DNA of 32,000 nucleotides from NCBI RefSeq assembly GCF_003010495.1, contig NZ_CP027570.1, positions 1,110,001 to 1,142,000 on the forward strand, given 5' to 3'. Source of the stretch: Megasphaera elsdenii DSM 20460 (lineage in GTDB: Bacteria; Bacillota; Negativicutes; Veillonellales; Megasphaeraceae). Positions 9,259 to 18,083 of this stretch are shown piece after piece; position 1 is the first letter of the stretch; every line of letters begins with the position of its first letter. Made by a program: the position numbers and the translations under genes. The notes below the pieces were generated by a model. That model was not told where the DNA came from. It did no database searches and worked only from the letters and a program-made list of their open reading frames with translations.

Positions 9259-9701
9259 AAGTAATCTTATTACAGGATGTAAAGAAACTCGGTAAAAAAG
9301 GGGATATCATCGAAGTATCGGAAGGCTATGGCCGCAATTTCCTCCTGCCCCGCAAGTTAGCTGCTCCGGGCACGTCGGAAAACCTCAATGATGCCAAACA
9401 GAAGAAAGCCGCTGCCAAGCATAAAGCCCAGGTCGCTTCGGATGAAGCTGTCATCCTGGCCAGCCAGCTGAAAAAAGTTGAACTCACCATTCCCGTCAAA
9501 GTCGGCGAAGGCGGCAAAGTCTTCGGTGCCATTACGGGTAAGAACATCAGCGAAGCTGCGAAGGCCCAGTATGACATCGATTTGGACAAGAAGAAAGTAG
9601 AAATCAAGGATCCGATTAAATCGCTCGGCGATTATGATGTCACCATCCGCGTCCATCCGACGATTACCAGTGTCATCAAAATACACGTTGTAGAAGGCTG
9701 A
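9255..9701 (+). CDS. rplI: 50S ribosomal protein L9
   Basis: [36 protein letters not shown] is the canonical L9 N-terminus. The start overlaps the gdpP stop (ATGA). Confidence 0.95.
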   Translation: [148 protein letters not shown]

Positions 9702-9723
9702 TCATAAGCCATAAGGGGATACA

Positions 9724-11643
9724 ATGAAAGAATTATTGGACAAATTATTACAGCGCCATAAGTACCTCGAACCGACGGCGGAGGAAGAACTCCGCCGTCA
9801 GGTCAACGTGCTTTATGGCGCTTTTACTGGTCTTATAGGGTCTGAGAAGATGGTCCTTCGGGCCAGCAAATACTCGGCCCTGTCGTATATCCATTCTGAA
9901 GATCCACGCCAGCGCCTGGTCGGCCTGCAGCGCCTGATCTACGAAGACGTCTCGTATGATAAAGTGCCTGATGACGAGGAAGTCATCAACGTCCTCAACG
10001 AGCTGGAAATGGTCCTGGCTGAAATGCTGGCCCGCCAGGCCGTCGAAGAACGACTGGAAAAGAAAATCAGCCAGCGCATGGATGAAAAGCAGCAGGAATA
10101 CGTGCGGGAAATCAAGATGGAACTCATCAAGGAAGAACTGCACGATGTAGAAACGCCGCAGACCAAACGGAAACTCAAGGAACTGGACGACTTGGAAAAA
10201 GTCAGCCTGACGGAATCGGTCATGGAACGGGTCCGTCCCAAGCACCTCAGCGCCATCGTCGGCCAGGAACGGGCTGTCGAAGCCATGCAGAGCAAATTGG
10301 CATCGGTTTATCCGCAGCACCTGCTCCTTTACGGACCGCCGGGAGTCGGCAAGACGACGGCTGCCCGCATCGTCCTGGACGAAGCCAAGAAGCTGCCCTT
10401 CACGCCCTTTGGTCCCGATGCGCCCTTTGTCGAAACAGACGGCACGACGCTGCGCTGGGATTCGCGGGATATGACCAACCCCCTCATCGGTTCGGTCCAC
10501 GATCCGATTTACCAGGGCGCCCGCCGCGATCTGGCCGATACAGGTATACCGGAACCGAAACCGGGCCTGGTTACAGAAGCCCACGGCGGTATCCTGTTCA
10601 TCGATGAAATCGGAGAAATGGACCCGATGCTGCTCAACAAGCTGCTCAAGGTCATGGAAGACAAGCGGGTCCGTTTTGAATCGGCTTATTACGATGAAGA
10701 TGACCCGAATGTGCCGAAATATATCAAGAAACTCTTTGCCGAAGGCGCACCGGCCGATTTCATCCTCATCGGTGCGACGACGCGGGACCCGTCGGAAATC
10801 AATCCGGCCATCCGGTCGCGGTGTGCAGAAGTCTTTTTTGAACCCCTCATCCCGGCGGATATCGAACAGATTGTGACCAACGCCGCTGTCCAGTTAGGGG
10901 CAGAACTCGAAGAAGGCGTAGCCAGGATGATCAGTGAATTTACCATTGAAGGCCGGAAGGCTGTCAATATCCTGGCCGATACCTACGGCCTGGCTGTCTT
11001 TAAATCGGGGTCCAAGGACCATGTGCGCATCACCTGCGACCATGTCCGCCGCGTCGCCCAGATCAGCCGCCTCGTGCCTTACGTGACGGAGAAAGCCAGC
11101 GATACGCCGGTCGTCGGCAAGGTCTTCGGTCTCGGCGTCGCCGGTTACCTCGGCTCGGCCATCGAAATCGAAGCCGTGGCCTTCCCGGCACGGGCGCCGG
11201 GGAAGGGCTATTACCGGTTCAACGACACAGCCGGTTCCATGGCCAAGGATTCCATGTTCAACGCCGCCGCTGTCGTCCGCCGCATGACGGGGAAGGAACT
11301 GTCTGATTACGACGTCAACATCAACTTCATCGGCGGCGGCAATATCGACGGCCCGTCTGCAGGCTGTGCCATTACGACAGCCCTCATTTCGGCCATTACG
11401 GGGACGCCGGTCCGCCAGGATATGGCCCTGACCGGAGAAATTTCCATCCAGGGGCAGGTCAAACCCGTTGGCGGTGTCTTTGAAAAGGCTTATGGCGCCC
11501 GCCAGGCCGGCATGAAGGGCATCATCATCCCAGAGGAAAATGCCCACGACATCCCGGAACGCCATTTGGGTCTCCATATCCACTATGCCGTCACCATCGA
11601 CGATGTATTGAAATTGATGTTAGTCAAACAGGGGGAATCATAA
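9724..11643 (+). CDS. Lon-family ATP-dependent serine protease (LonB/LonC-like, no Lon N-domain)
   Basis: Walker A GPPGVGKTT, Walker B ILFIDEIGEM, and an S16 protease domain with DGPSAGCAITTALISAITG (catalytic Ser) and a downstream Lys. Confidence 0.8.
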   Translation: MKELLDKLLQRHKYLEPTAEEELRRQVNVLYGAFTGLIGSEKMVLRASKYSALSYIHSEDPRQRLVGLQRLIYEDVSYDKVPDDEEVINVLNELEMVLAEMLARQAVEERLEKKISQRMDEKQQEYVREIKMELIKEELHDVETPQTKRKLKELDDLEKVSLTESVMERVRPKHLSAIVGQERAVEAMQSKLASVYPQHLLLYGPPGVGKTTAARIVLDEAKKLPFTPFGPDAPFVETDGTTLRWDSRDMTNPLIGSVHDPIYQGARRDLADTGIPEPKPGLVTEAHGGILFIDEIGEMDPMLLNKLLKVMEDKRVRFESAYYDEDDPNVPKYIKKLFAEGAPADFILIGATTRDPSEINPAIRSRCAEVFFEPLIPADIEQIVTNAAVQLGAELEEGVARMISEFTIEGRKAVNILADTYGLAVFKSGSKDHVRITCDHVRRVAQISRLVPYVTEKASDTPVVGKVFGLGVAGYLGSAIEIEAVAFPARAPGKGYYRFNDTAGSMAKDSMFNAAAVVRRMTGKELSDYDVNINFIGGGNIDGPSAGCAITTALISAITGTPVRQDMALTGEISIQGQVKPVGGVFEKAYGARQAGMKGIIIPEENAHDIPERHLGLHIHYAVTIDDVLKLMLVKQGES

Positions 11644-11644
11644 T

Positions 11645-12973
11645 ATGGAACAGCGGATTCCACCGCAGAATGTAGAAGCAGAACAGGCCGTCCTGGGGGC
11701 CATGCTCTTATCCCATGATGCCGTCATCGTCGCCATGGAAAAGCTCCAGCCCCGGGATTTTTACCGCGATGCCCATCGCATCATCTTTGAAGCCATGGAA
11801 CATCTTCATCGGGAGAACAAGGAAATCGACGTCATCACCTTGCCGGAAGAATTGAACCGCATGAAAAAAATGGACGACGTCGGCGGCGTCGGCTATGTCC
11901 TGAATCTGCCCAATATGGTAGGGACGGCGTCGAACGCCGAATACTATGCCAATATCGTCGTCGAGAAGGCCCTGTCCCGTAATCTCATTTCCACCTGTAC
12001 CGAGCTGGCGACAGAAGCCTATGACGGCGAGAAGAAAACGGAAGACCTCCTGGACGATGCCGAACGGCGTATCCTTCAGTTGTCGGATACAAAGAACCGC
12101 GGCGATTTTGCTTCCGTCGGGACCGTCGTCGAAGCGACCCTCGATAAAATCACCAAGCTCTATGAAAATAAAGCGGGCCTGACGGGCCTGCCGACGGGAT
12201 TCCGCGACCTGGACCGCATGACGTCGGGCTTGCAGCCGTCAGACTTGATCCTGGTCGCTGCCCGGCCGAGTATGGGCAAGACGGCCTTTACCCTGAACAT
12301 CGCCCAGAACGTCGGCGTCCGCCAGCATAAGACGGTGGCCTTCTTTTCCCTGGAAATGTCTCAGGAACAGCTCGTCCAGCGACTGCTCTGCCAGATTGCC
12401 CATATCGATTCGCAGAAACTGCGCACAGGCCAGCTCAACAGCGATGAAGAATGGACGCGCCTGACCGATGCCTGCGACAAGCTCTATGAATCGCCTATTT
12501 ATATCGACGATACGCCGGGCATTTCCGTCGCCGAAATGCGCTCGAAGGCGCGGCGCCTCAAATCGGAACACGGCCTGGACCTGATTATCGTCGACTATCT
12601 GCAGCTCATGCAGGGCCGTAATGCCGAAAGCCGGCAGCAGGAAATCTCCGAGATTTCCCGCTCCCTCAAGGCCCTGGCGCGGGAACTGAAAGTGCCGCTC
12701 ATCGCCTTGTCCCAGCTCAGCCGAAGCGTCGAAAGCCGGCAGGATAAACGGCCCATGCTCAGTGACCTCCGCGAATCGGGGGCCCTGGAACAGGATGCGG
12801 ACATCGTTTCCTTCTTGTATCGCGAAGATTACTACGACAAGGAAACGGAGAACCAGCACATCACCGAGGTCATCCTGGCCAAGCACCGCAATGGCCCTGT
12901 CGGGTCGGTCAAATTGTACTTCAAGAACGAGTTCACGTTGTTCCTCAACCTGGATACGCAGCATGAAGGCTAG
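11645..12973 (+). CDS. dnaB: Replicative DNA helicase
   Basis: PPQNVEAEQAVLGAML N-terminus, Walker A ARPSMGKTAF, IVDYLQLM and SQLSRSVE motifs. Confidence 0.95.
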   Translation: MEQRIPPQNVEAEQAVLGAMLLSHDAVIVAMEKLQPRDFYRDAHRIIFEAMEHLHRENKEIDVITLPEELNRMKKMDDVGGVGYVLNLPNMVGTASNAEYYANIVVEKALSRNLISTCTELATEAYDGEKKTEDLLDDAERRILQLSDTKNRGDFASVGTVVEATLDKITKLYENKAGLTGLPTGFRDLDRMTSGLQPSDLILVAARPSMGKTAFTLNIAQNVGVRQHKTVAFFSLEMSQEQLVQRLLCQIAHIDSQKLRTGQLNSDEEWTRLTDACDKLYESPIYIDDTPGISVAEMRSKARRLKSEHGLDLIIVDYLQLMQGRNAESRQQEISEISRSLKALARELKVPLIALSQLSRSVESRQDKRPMLSDLRESGALEQDADIVSFLYREDYYDKETENQHITEVILAKHRNGPVGSVKLYFKNEFTLFLNLDTQHEG

Positions 12974-13009
12974 TTTGACAAATTAATTTAAAAAAAGTGA
13001 AAAAAGTAC

Positions 13010-13038
13010 TTGCATTATTCCGTGGGGTATAGTATACT
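13010..13038 (+). promoter_or_regulatory. tRNA operon promoter P1 (TTGCAT-17-TATACT) with an A-rich upstream tract
   Basis: -35 at 13010-13015, an exact 17-nt spacer, and -10 at 13033-13038. It is preceded by AAAAAAAGTGAAAAAAGTAC, which is UP-element-like. Confidence 0.6.
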
Positions 13039-13122
13039 AATCAAGTCAGCGGTTCTGACAGAGACTTTTGAAACGAGGTTCTGCCTCGTCAGAAGAAATA
13101 AGAAAAGCTGATAAAAAAGTTC

Positions 13123-13151
13123 TTGACAGAACGTCAGTCCTTTGATATAAT
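13123..13151 (+). promoter_or_regulatory. tRNA operon promoter P2, full consensus TTGACA-17-TGnTATAAT
   Basis: -35 TTGACA at 13123-13128, a 17-nt spacer ending in TGA, and -10 TATAAT at 13146-13151. The upstream tract is ATAAAAAAGTTC. It lies about 25 nt upstream of the first tRNA. Confidence 0.8.
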
Positions 13152-13175
13152 AGACTACGTTCCACGGAACAGTAA

Positions 13176-13251
<76 letters not shown>

Positions 13252-13257
13252 GTAAAT

Positions 13258-13343
13258 GGTGGGGTTCCCGAGTGGCTAAAGGGAGCAGACTGTAAATCTG
13301 CCGGCGTTTGCCTTCGAAGGTTCGAATCCTTCCCCCACCACCA
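13258..13343 (+). tRNA. tRNA-Tyr (anticodon GUA), long variable arm, CCA encoded
   Basis: Acceptor GGTGGGG/CCCCACC, anticodon loop CTGTAAA, a 14-nt variable arm, T loop TTCGAAT. Confidence 0.9.
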
Positions 13344-13348
13344 ATTAT

Positions 13349-13424
<76 letters not shown>

Positions 13425-13481
13425 AATTTTTTTACTGCAAGGTAAAAAACAACTTCATAATTGGCTTTGACCAGTTCATAA

Positions 13482-13557
13482 GCTGTTGTAGCTCAGTCGG
13501 TAGAGCGTATCCTTGGTAAGGATAAGGTCACCGGTTCAATCCCGGTCAATAGCTCCA
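13482..13557 (+). tRNA. tRNA-Thr (anticodon GGU), CCA encoded
   Basis: Acceptor GCTGTTG/CAATAGC, anticodon stem TATCC/GGATA with loop TTGGTAA, T arm ACCGG-TTCAATC-CCGGT. Confidence 0.9.
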
Positions 13558-13562
13558 CACAT

Positions 13563-13639
13563 GGCGGCTTAGCTCAGTTGGCTAGAGCATGCGGTTCATA
13601 CCCGCAGTGTCCAGAGTTCGAATCTCCGAGCCGCCACCA
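13563..13639 (+). tRNA. Elongator tRNA-Met (anticodon CAU)
   Basis: Acceptor GGCGGCT/AGCCGCC, anticodon loop TTCATAC. This is not initiator-like because 1:72 is paired. The anticodon arm resembles Firmicutes elongator Met rather than Ile2, though Ile2-lysidine cannot be formally excluded. There is one A:C mismatch in the T stem. Confidence 0.8.
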
Positions 13640-13644
13640 CACTA

Positions 13645-13672
13645 ATAACCTCGTGCATACGAGGTTATTTCT
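13645..13672 (+). terminator. Hairpin plus short T tract after the tRNA cluster (partial terminator or processing hairpin before tuf)
   Basis: ATAACCTCGT-GCAT-ACGAGGTTAT forms a 10-bp stem with a 4-nt loop, followed by TTCT. Confidence 0.55.
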
Positions 13673-13733
13673 ATATGCAAAAATATTTTTTGTTTAAATT
13701 TATCCTTTTTTTTAAGCAAAGAGTATGGATGTG

Positions 13734-13742
13734 TGATAGAAT
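13734..13742 (+). promoter_or_regulatory. Possible extended -10 promoter (TGaTAGAAT) for tuf
   Basis: TGATAGAAT lies about 45 nt upstream of the tuf ATG. There is no convincing -35. Confidence 0.35.
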
Positions 13743-13787
13743 ACAAGTGGGTAGCTGTTTTTTTTCCTAAAGGAGGAAATGATTACA

Positions 13788-14975
13788 ATGGCAAAAGAAC
13801 ATTATGAAAGAACAAAACCGCATGTCAATATCGGTACGATTGGTCACGTCGACCATGGCAAAACGACATTGACGGCTGCTATTACGAAAGTATTAGCAAA
13901 GAAGGGCTTTGCCAAGTTCGAAGATTACTCCGATATTGACAAGGCACCGGAAGAACGTGAACGTGGTATTACGATTAATACGGCGCACGTCGAATATGAA
14001 ACGGAAAAACGCCACTATGCACATGTTGACTGCCCGGGGCATGCTGACTATGTCAAGAACATGATCACCGGTGCTGCTCAGATGGATGGTGCTATCCTCG
14101 TTGTATCCGCAGCTGATGGCCCGATGCCGCAGACTCGTGAACACATCCTGCTGGCCCGTCAGGTCGGCGTACCGGCTATCGTCGTATACCTCAACAAAGC
14201 TGACCAGGTCGACGACCCGGAACTGATTGAACTCGTTGAAATGGAAGTCCGTGACCTCCTGACTGAATATGATTATCCTGGCGATGAAGTTCCTATCATC
14301 GTAGGTTCTGCGTTGAAAGCCCTCGAAGGCGATCCGGAAGCTGAAAAATCCATCCTCGACTTGATGGATGCCGTCGACAGCTACATTCCGACTCCGCAGC
14401 GTCCGACAGACCAGCCGTTCCTGATGCCTGTCGAAGACGTCTTCACTATTACAGGCCGCGGCACCGTTGCTACAGGTCGTGTCGAACGCGGTACGATTAA
14501 AGTCGGTGACCCTGTCGAAATCGTCGGCCTCGCCGATAAACCGAAAGATACGGTCGTTACGGGCGTTGAAATGTTCCGTAAGATCCTCGACCTCGCTGAA
14601 GCAGGCGACAACATCGGCGCCTTGCTCCGCGGCATCGACCGTAAAGATGTCGAACGCGGCCAGGTCCTGGCTAAACCGGGCACCATTCATCCGCACACGA
14701 AATTCAAGGCTCAGGTCTATGTCTTGACCAAAGATGAAGGCGGCCGTCATACGCCGTTCTTCAACGGCTATCGTCCGCAGTTCTACTTCCGTACCACTGA
14801 CGTAACGGGCGTCATCAACCTGCCGGAAGGCACGGAAATGTGCATGCCTGGCGATAACGTCAAGATGGATGTCGAACTCATCACACCGATTGCTATTGAA
14901 GCAGGCCTGCGCTTCGCTATCCGTGAAGGCGGCCGTACCGTAGGTGCCGGTGTCGTATCCGAAATCGAAGGCTAA
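13788..14975 (+). CDS. tuf: Elongation factor Tu
   Basis: The translation [33 protein letters not shown]... is unmistakably EF-Tu. ATG 13788 has proper spacing from AGGAGG; the track start at 13779 is too close to the SD. Confidence 0.97.
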   Translation: MAKEHYERTKPHVNIGTIGHVDHGKTTLTAAITKVLAKKGFAKFEDYSDIDKAPEERERGITINTAHVEYETEKRHYAHVDCPGHADYVKNMITGAAQMDGAILVVSAADGPMPQTREHILLARQVGVPAIVVYLNKADQVDDPELIELVEMEVRDLLTEYDYPGDEVPIIVGSALKALEGDPEAEKSILDLMDAVDSYIPTPQRPTDQPFLMPVEDVFTITGRGTVATGRVERGTIKVGDPVEIVGLADKPKDTVVTGVEMFRKILDLAEAGDNIGALLRGIDRKDVERGQVLAKPGTIHPHTKFKAQVYVLTKDEGGRHTPFFNGYRPQFYFRTTDVTGVINLPEGTEMCMPGDNVKMDVELITPIAIEAGLRFAIREGGRTVGAGVVSEIEG

Positions 14976-15012
14976 AATATTGTTTGATCGTTGACTGTCA
15001 ACTTCAAACTTG

Positions 15013-15049
15013 AAAAAGAGGCTGTCGCATATGCGGCGGCCTCTTTTTT
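15013..15049 (+). terminator. Rho-independent terminator of tuf
   Basis: AGAGGC-TGT-CGCATATGCG-GCG-GCCTCT is followed by T6. Confidence 0.85.
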
Positions 15050-15108
15050 GCGTGCCTTTATGCACAAGGTCACAGACCGTGAAAGATTTATCGCCTGGCT
15101 GCGATTTC

Positions 15109-15135
15109 GTAGGGGTCGCCCAAAGGGCGACCCGC
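15109..15135 (+). repeat. GTAGGGG hairpin module (single copy)
   Basis: The sequence is GTAGGGGTCGCCCAAAGGGCGACCCGC. GGGTCGCCC/GGGCGACCC form a perfect 9-bp stem with an AAA loop. The same module is tandemly repeated at 30801-30932. Confidence 0.8.
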
Positions 15136-15180
15136 TTGATTCTGAGGGAATCGCGGTTACAGTAATATGGAGCACCAAAG

Positions 15181-15267
15181 CCTCTCCTCATAGGAGAGGT
15201 GGCCCGAAGGGCCGGAGAGGTTAACCTCTCAGTCAGCTGCGCTGACAGCTCTCCTAGCAGGAGAGCC
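15181..15267 (+). repeat. Array of five back-to-back short hairpins; the last two (15223-15267) form the 45-nt module shared with 945-989
   Basis: The five hairpins are CCTCTCCT-cat-AGGAGAGG, GGCCC-gaa-GGGCC, GAGAGG-ttaa-CCTCTC, GTCAGC-tgc-GCTGAC and GCTCTCCT-agc-AGGAGAGC. The second copy at 945-989 differs at only a few positions. Confidence 0.8.
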
Positions 15268-15270
15268 GGG

Positions 15271-15297
15271 CCACTAGCCCCTAGCCACTAGCCACGA
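15271..15297 (-). repeat. Heptamer array (GCCACTA orientation = TAGTGGC on the minus strand)
   Basis: CTA occurs at 15274, 15281 and 15288 (period 7). This puts TAG in all three minus-strand frames. Confidence 0.8.
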
Positions 15298-15310
15298 ACC
15301 CGGGTATAAT
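15282..15310 (+). promoter_or_regulatory. Possible mscS promoter (TAGCCA-17-TATAAT)
   Basis: TATAAT at 15305-15310 lies 30 nt upstream of the ATG. The -35-like hexamer is contributed by the heptamer array. Confidence 0.35.
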
Positions 15311-15339
15311 AGAAGCACACACGAGAGGAGGGTGCAACT

Positions 15340-16236
15340 ATGAATATTGCTGAAAATACGGCTGATACGGCACAGCAGGCGGCCCATGTCGTCCAGGCCG
15401 ATGTCCAGAATCAGGTCACGCAGAGCGTCACGACGCTGGACCAGTTCAAGGAATTTTTGCTCAATCACGGCCCGGATGTCATCTATGCCATTGTCATCTT
15501 CATCGTTGGCCGCTACGTGGCCAGAGGGTTCAAGAACTTGGCTGTCCGCATGATGACTCATGCCAATTACGACCATACGGTCATCACCTTTGTCAGCCAG
15601 CTGATTTATTATGCCATCATGGCCCTGGTCCTGCTGTCGGCACTGAATAAGGCGGGGATTCCGACGAATTCCTTCCTGGCCGCTTTCGGTGCCTTCGGCC
15701 TGGCTGTCGGCCTGGCGTTACAGAACAATCTGTCGAATTTTGCTTCAGGCCTTTTGATCCTGATCTTCAAGCCTTTCAAAGCCGGTGATTGGATTGCCGT
15801 CGGCGGCGTAGAAGGCAGCGTCAAAGGGATACAGATGATGAATACGGCCATTACGACCAAGGACAATAAGACCATTTTCATCCCGAATTCTATCATCACG
15901 TCGTCCCAGGTAACCAATAGCTCTTACCAGGAAGATCGTTACATTACTTTTTTCTTCGATATCGGTTATCAGAATGACCACCATAAAGCCATTGCCTTGC
16001 TGAAACAGGTCTTTCAAGAAGATAAAAGGATCCTCAATGCCGATACCCTGGAAATCGGTATCCGTGAATTTGCAGAGAACTCCGTCCGCATCGCCGCCTT
16101 TCCCAGGGTTGCCAAGGCGGATTACTATCCCGTCTACTACGATATCATGTCTAAAGTCAAGGACACCTTCGATGCCAATGGCATCGATATCCCTTATCCC
16201 CAGCGCGTCGTTTACGTACAGCGGGAAGGGAAGTAG
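15340..16236 (+). CDS. mscS: Small-conductance mechanosensitive channel (MscS family)
   Basis: Three TM helices are followed by GDWIAVGGVEGSVKGIQMMNTAITTKDNKTIFIPNS, the MscS beta-domain signature. RBS is GAGGAGGG. Confidence 0.85.
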   Translation: MNIAENTADTAQQAAHVVQADVQNQVTQSVTTLDQFKEFLLNHGPDVIYAIVIFIVGRYVARGFKNLAVRMMTHANYDHTVITFVSQLIYYAIMALVLLSALNKAGIPTNSFLAAFGAFGLAVGLALQNNLSNFASGLLILIFKPFKAGDWIAVGGVEGSVKGIQMMNTAITTKDNKTIFIPNSIITSSQVTNSSYQEDRYITFFFDIGYQNDHHKAIALLKQVFQEDKRILNADTLEIGIREFAENSVRIAAFPRVAKADYYPVYYDIMSKVKDTFDANGIDIPYPQRVVYVQREGK

Positions 16237-16244
16237 GGAAAGAA

Positions 16245-16274
16245 AAGGGGCTGTCGCACGCGCGACAGCCCCTT
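16245..16274 (+). terminator. Hairpin after mscS (CTGTCGC-family), no T tract
   Basis: AAGGGGCTGTCGC-acgc-GCGACAGCCCCTT forms a 13-bp stem. Confidence 0.55.
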
Positions 16275-16392
16275 ACTACGTGAAAAAAAGAATAAGGTCT
16301 TGAAATAAGAATGACTGCCAGAATGGAACAATATCCTTGCGTTTTTCGTCTAACTGAGGCAATACCTATACTTTAATAGCATTACTGAGCTG

Positions 16393-16422
16393 TTGATTTA
16401 TTCCCTTTCTCTATTATATAAT
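16393..16422 (+). promoter_or_regulatory. Possible lactate permease promoter (TTGATT-18-TATAAT)
   Basis: The hexamers lie at 16393-16398 and 16417-16422 in an AT-rich 280-nt gap. Confidence 0.4.
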
Positions 16423-16518
16423 AATATCATATTGTTCGGGAATTAATTATTTAATTATTAATAGTTTTTGAGCATATAGTAAGTTCAAAATTGAACAAAG
16501 AAAGGGAGAATTTGTATT

Positions 16519-18039
16519 ATGGTATTTTTATTGGCACTGTCACCGATTCTGTGGCTCATCATCTCGCTGGGCTTCTTGAAGATGCAAAGCTTCAAGGCTT
16601 GTCCGATTGCACTCATCATTTCTTTTGCTGTCGCCCTGGCTTGGTATCATATGCCTGGCATGGATGCCGCTACGGCTGCTCTGGAAGGCGTGGCCCTGGC
16701 ATGCTGGCCTATCTTGCTGGTCATCATCGCCGCTATCTTTACGTATAATCTGACGCTGTACACCAAGAGCATGGACATCGTCAAGCACATGTTGACGACG
16801 GTCAGCAAGGACCGCCGCGTCCTGGCCCTGCTCATCGGCTGGGGCTTCGGTGCCTTCATGGAAGGCATGGCCGGCTTTGGTACGGCTATCGCTATCCCGG
16901 CCTCGATGTTGGTTGCCATGGGTTTCGACCCGATCAAGGCCATCCTGGTCTGCCTGGTCGCTAACTCCGTTCCTACGACGTATGGTTCCATTGGTATTCC
17001 GGCCAGCACTTTGGCTAACTTGACAGGTATCGATCCGGTACAGCTGTCGACATACATCAGCTTGCAGCTCTTGCCGCTCAATATCCTTTGCCCGTTCATC
17101 ATCGTCGCCATCGTCGGCGGATCGCTGAAAGCCCTCAAAGGCGTCTTCATGATCACCCTGCTTTCGGCCCTGGGTCTGGCTGTGCCGGAACTCATCGTTT
17201 CGTCTTTTGTCGGCCCGGAACTGGCTGTCATGGGTGCGTCCATTGTCATCATGGCCCTCATCGTCGTCTATTCCCATTTCCGTCCTGTCAATGATCCGGA
17301 ATATGCCATGGACATCAACCCGGCTCACGTACCGCTCCGCGGCGGTCTGCTGGCTTGCCTGCCCTTCATCTTGATCTTCGTCTTCTTACTGTTGACGTCG
17401 AAACTCGTTCCTTTCATCCATGCTCCGCTCATGGCTATTAAATCGTCGGTCCTCATCTATACCGGTCAGGGCGGCGTACCTTATACCTTCATCTGGGTCA
17501 ATACACCGGGTATCCTCATTCTCCTGGCTGCCTTCATCAGCGGCAAAGCCCAGTCGGCCCGCTTCAGTGAAATGTTCTTCGTCTTGCTGAACACCATCAA
17601 AGGCCTCCGCAATACGATCATCACCATCATTGCCGTCATCGCTACGGCGAAAGTCATGGGCTACAGCGGCATGACATCGGATATCGCCCGCACGGCTGTC
17701 GAAGCGACGGGTATGATGTATCCGGCCATTGCACCGCTCATCGGCTCTGTCGGCACGTTCATCACCGGTTCCGGTACGTCCAGTAACGTCCTCTTCGGCA
17801 ACCTCCAGACCGATGCTGCTGCCGCCATCAATGCCAATAAAGCCTGGCTGGCCGCTGCCAACTCGGCTGGTACCTGCGCGGGCAAGATGATTTCGCCGCA
17901 AAGTATCGCCATTGCCGTCGGGGCCATCTCCCTGACCGGCAAGGATAACGAAATCCTTCAGGCAATCATGAAAGTCTATGTACCATATATCATCCTCTTA
18001 GGGGCCATCGTCTACTTCGGACAGGTCCTGGTAGGGTAG
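16519..18039 (+). CDS. lctP: L-lactate permease (LctP family)
   Basis: A 506-aa polytopic protein. The EGMAGFGTAIAIPASMLVAMGF motif is typical of LctP/LldP. It sits beside the lactate-utilisation genes. Confidence 0.85.
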   Translation: MVFLLALSPILWLIISLGFLKMQSFKACPIALIISFAVALAWYHMPGMDAATAALEGVALACWPILLVIIAAIFTYNLTLYTKSMDIVKHMLTTVSKDRRVLALLIGWGFGAFMEGMAGFGTAIAIPASMLVAMGFDPIKAILVCLVANSVPTTYGSIGIPASTLANLTGIDPVQLSTYISLQLLPLNILCPFIIVAIVGGSLKALKGVFMITLLSALGLAVPELIVSSFVGPELAVMGASIVIMALIVVYSHFRPVNDPEYAMDINPAHVPLRGGLLACLPFILIFVFLLLTSKLVPFIHAPLMAIKSSVLIYTGQGGVPYTFIWVNTPGILILLAAFISGKAQSARFSEMFFVLLNTIKGLRNTIITIIAVIATAKVMGYSGMTSDIARTAVEATGMMYPAIAPLIGSVGTFITGSGTSSNVLFGNLQTDAAAAINANKAWLAAANSAGTCAGKMISPQSIAIAVGAISLTGKDNEILQAIMKVYVPYIILLGAIVYFGQVLVG

Positions 18040-18043
18040 GGAA

Positions 18044-18075
18044 AAAGGGACTGTCGCACATGCGACAGTCCCTTT
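18044..18075 (+). terminator. Terminator hairpin of lctP (CTGTCGC-family)
   Basis: AAAGGGACTGTCGCA-ca-TGCGACAGTCCCTTT forms a stem of about 14 bp, followed by TTTC. Confidence 0.65.
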
Positions 18076-18083
18076 CAAGTTGT

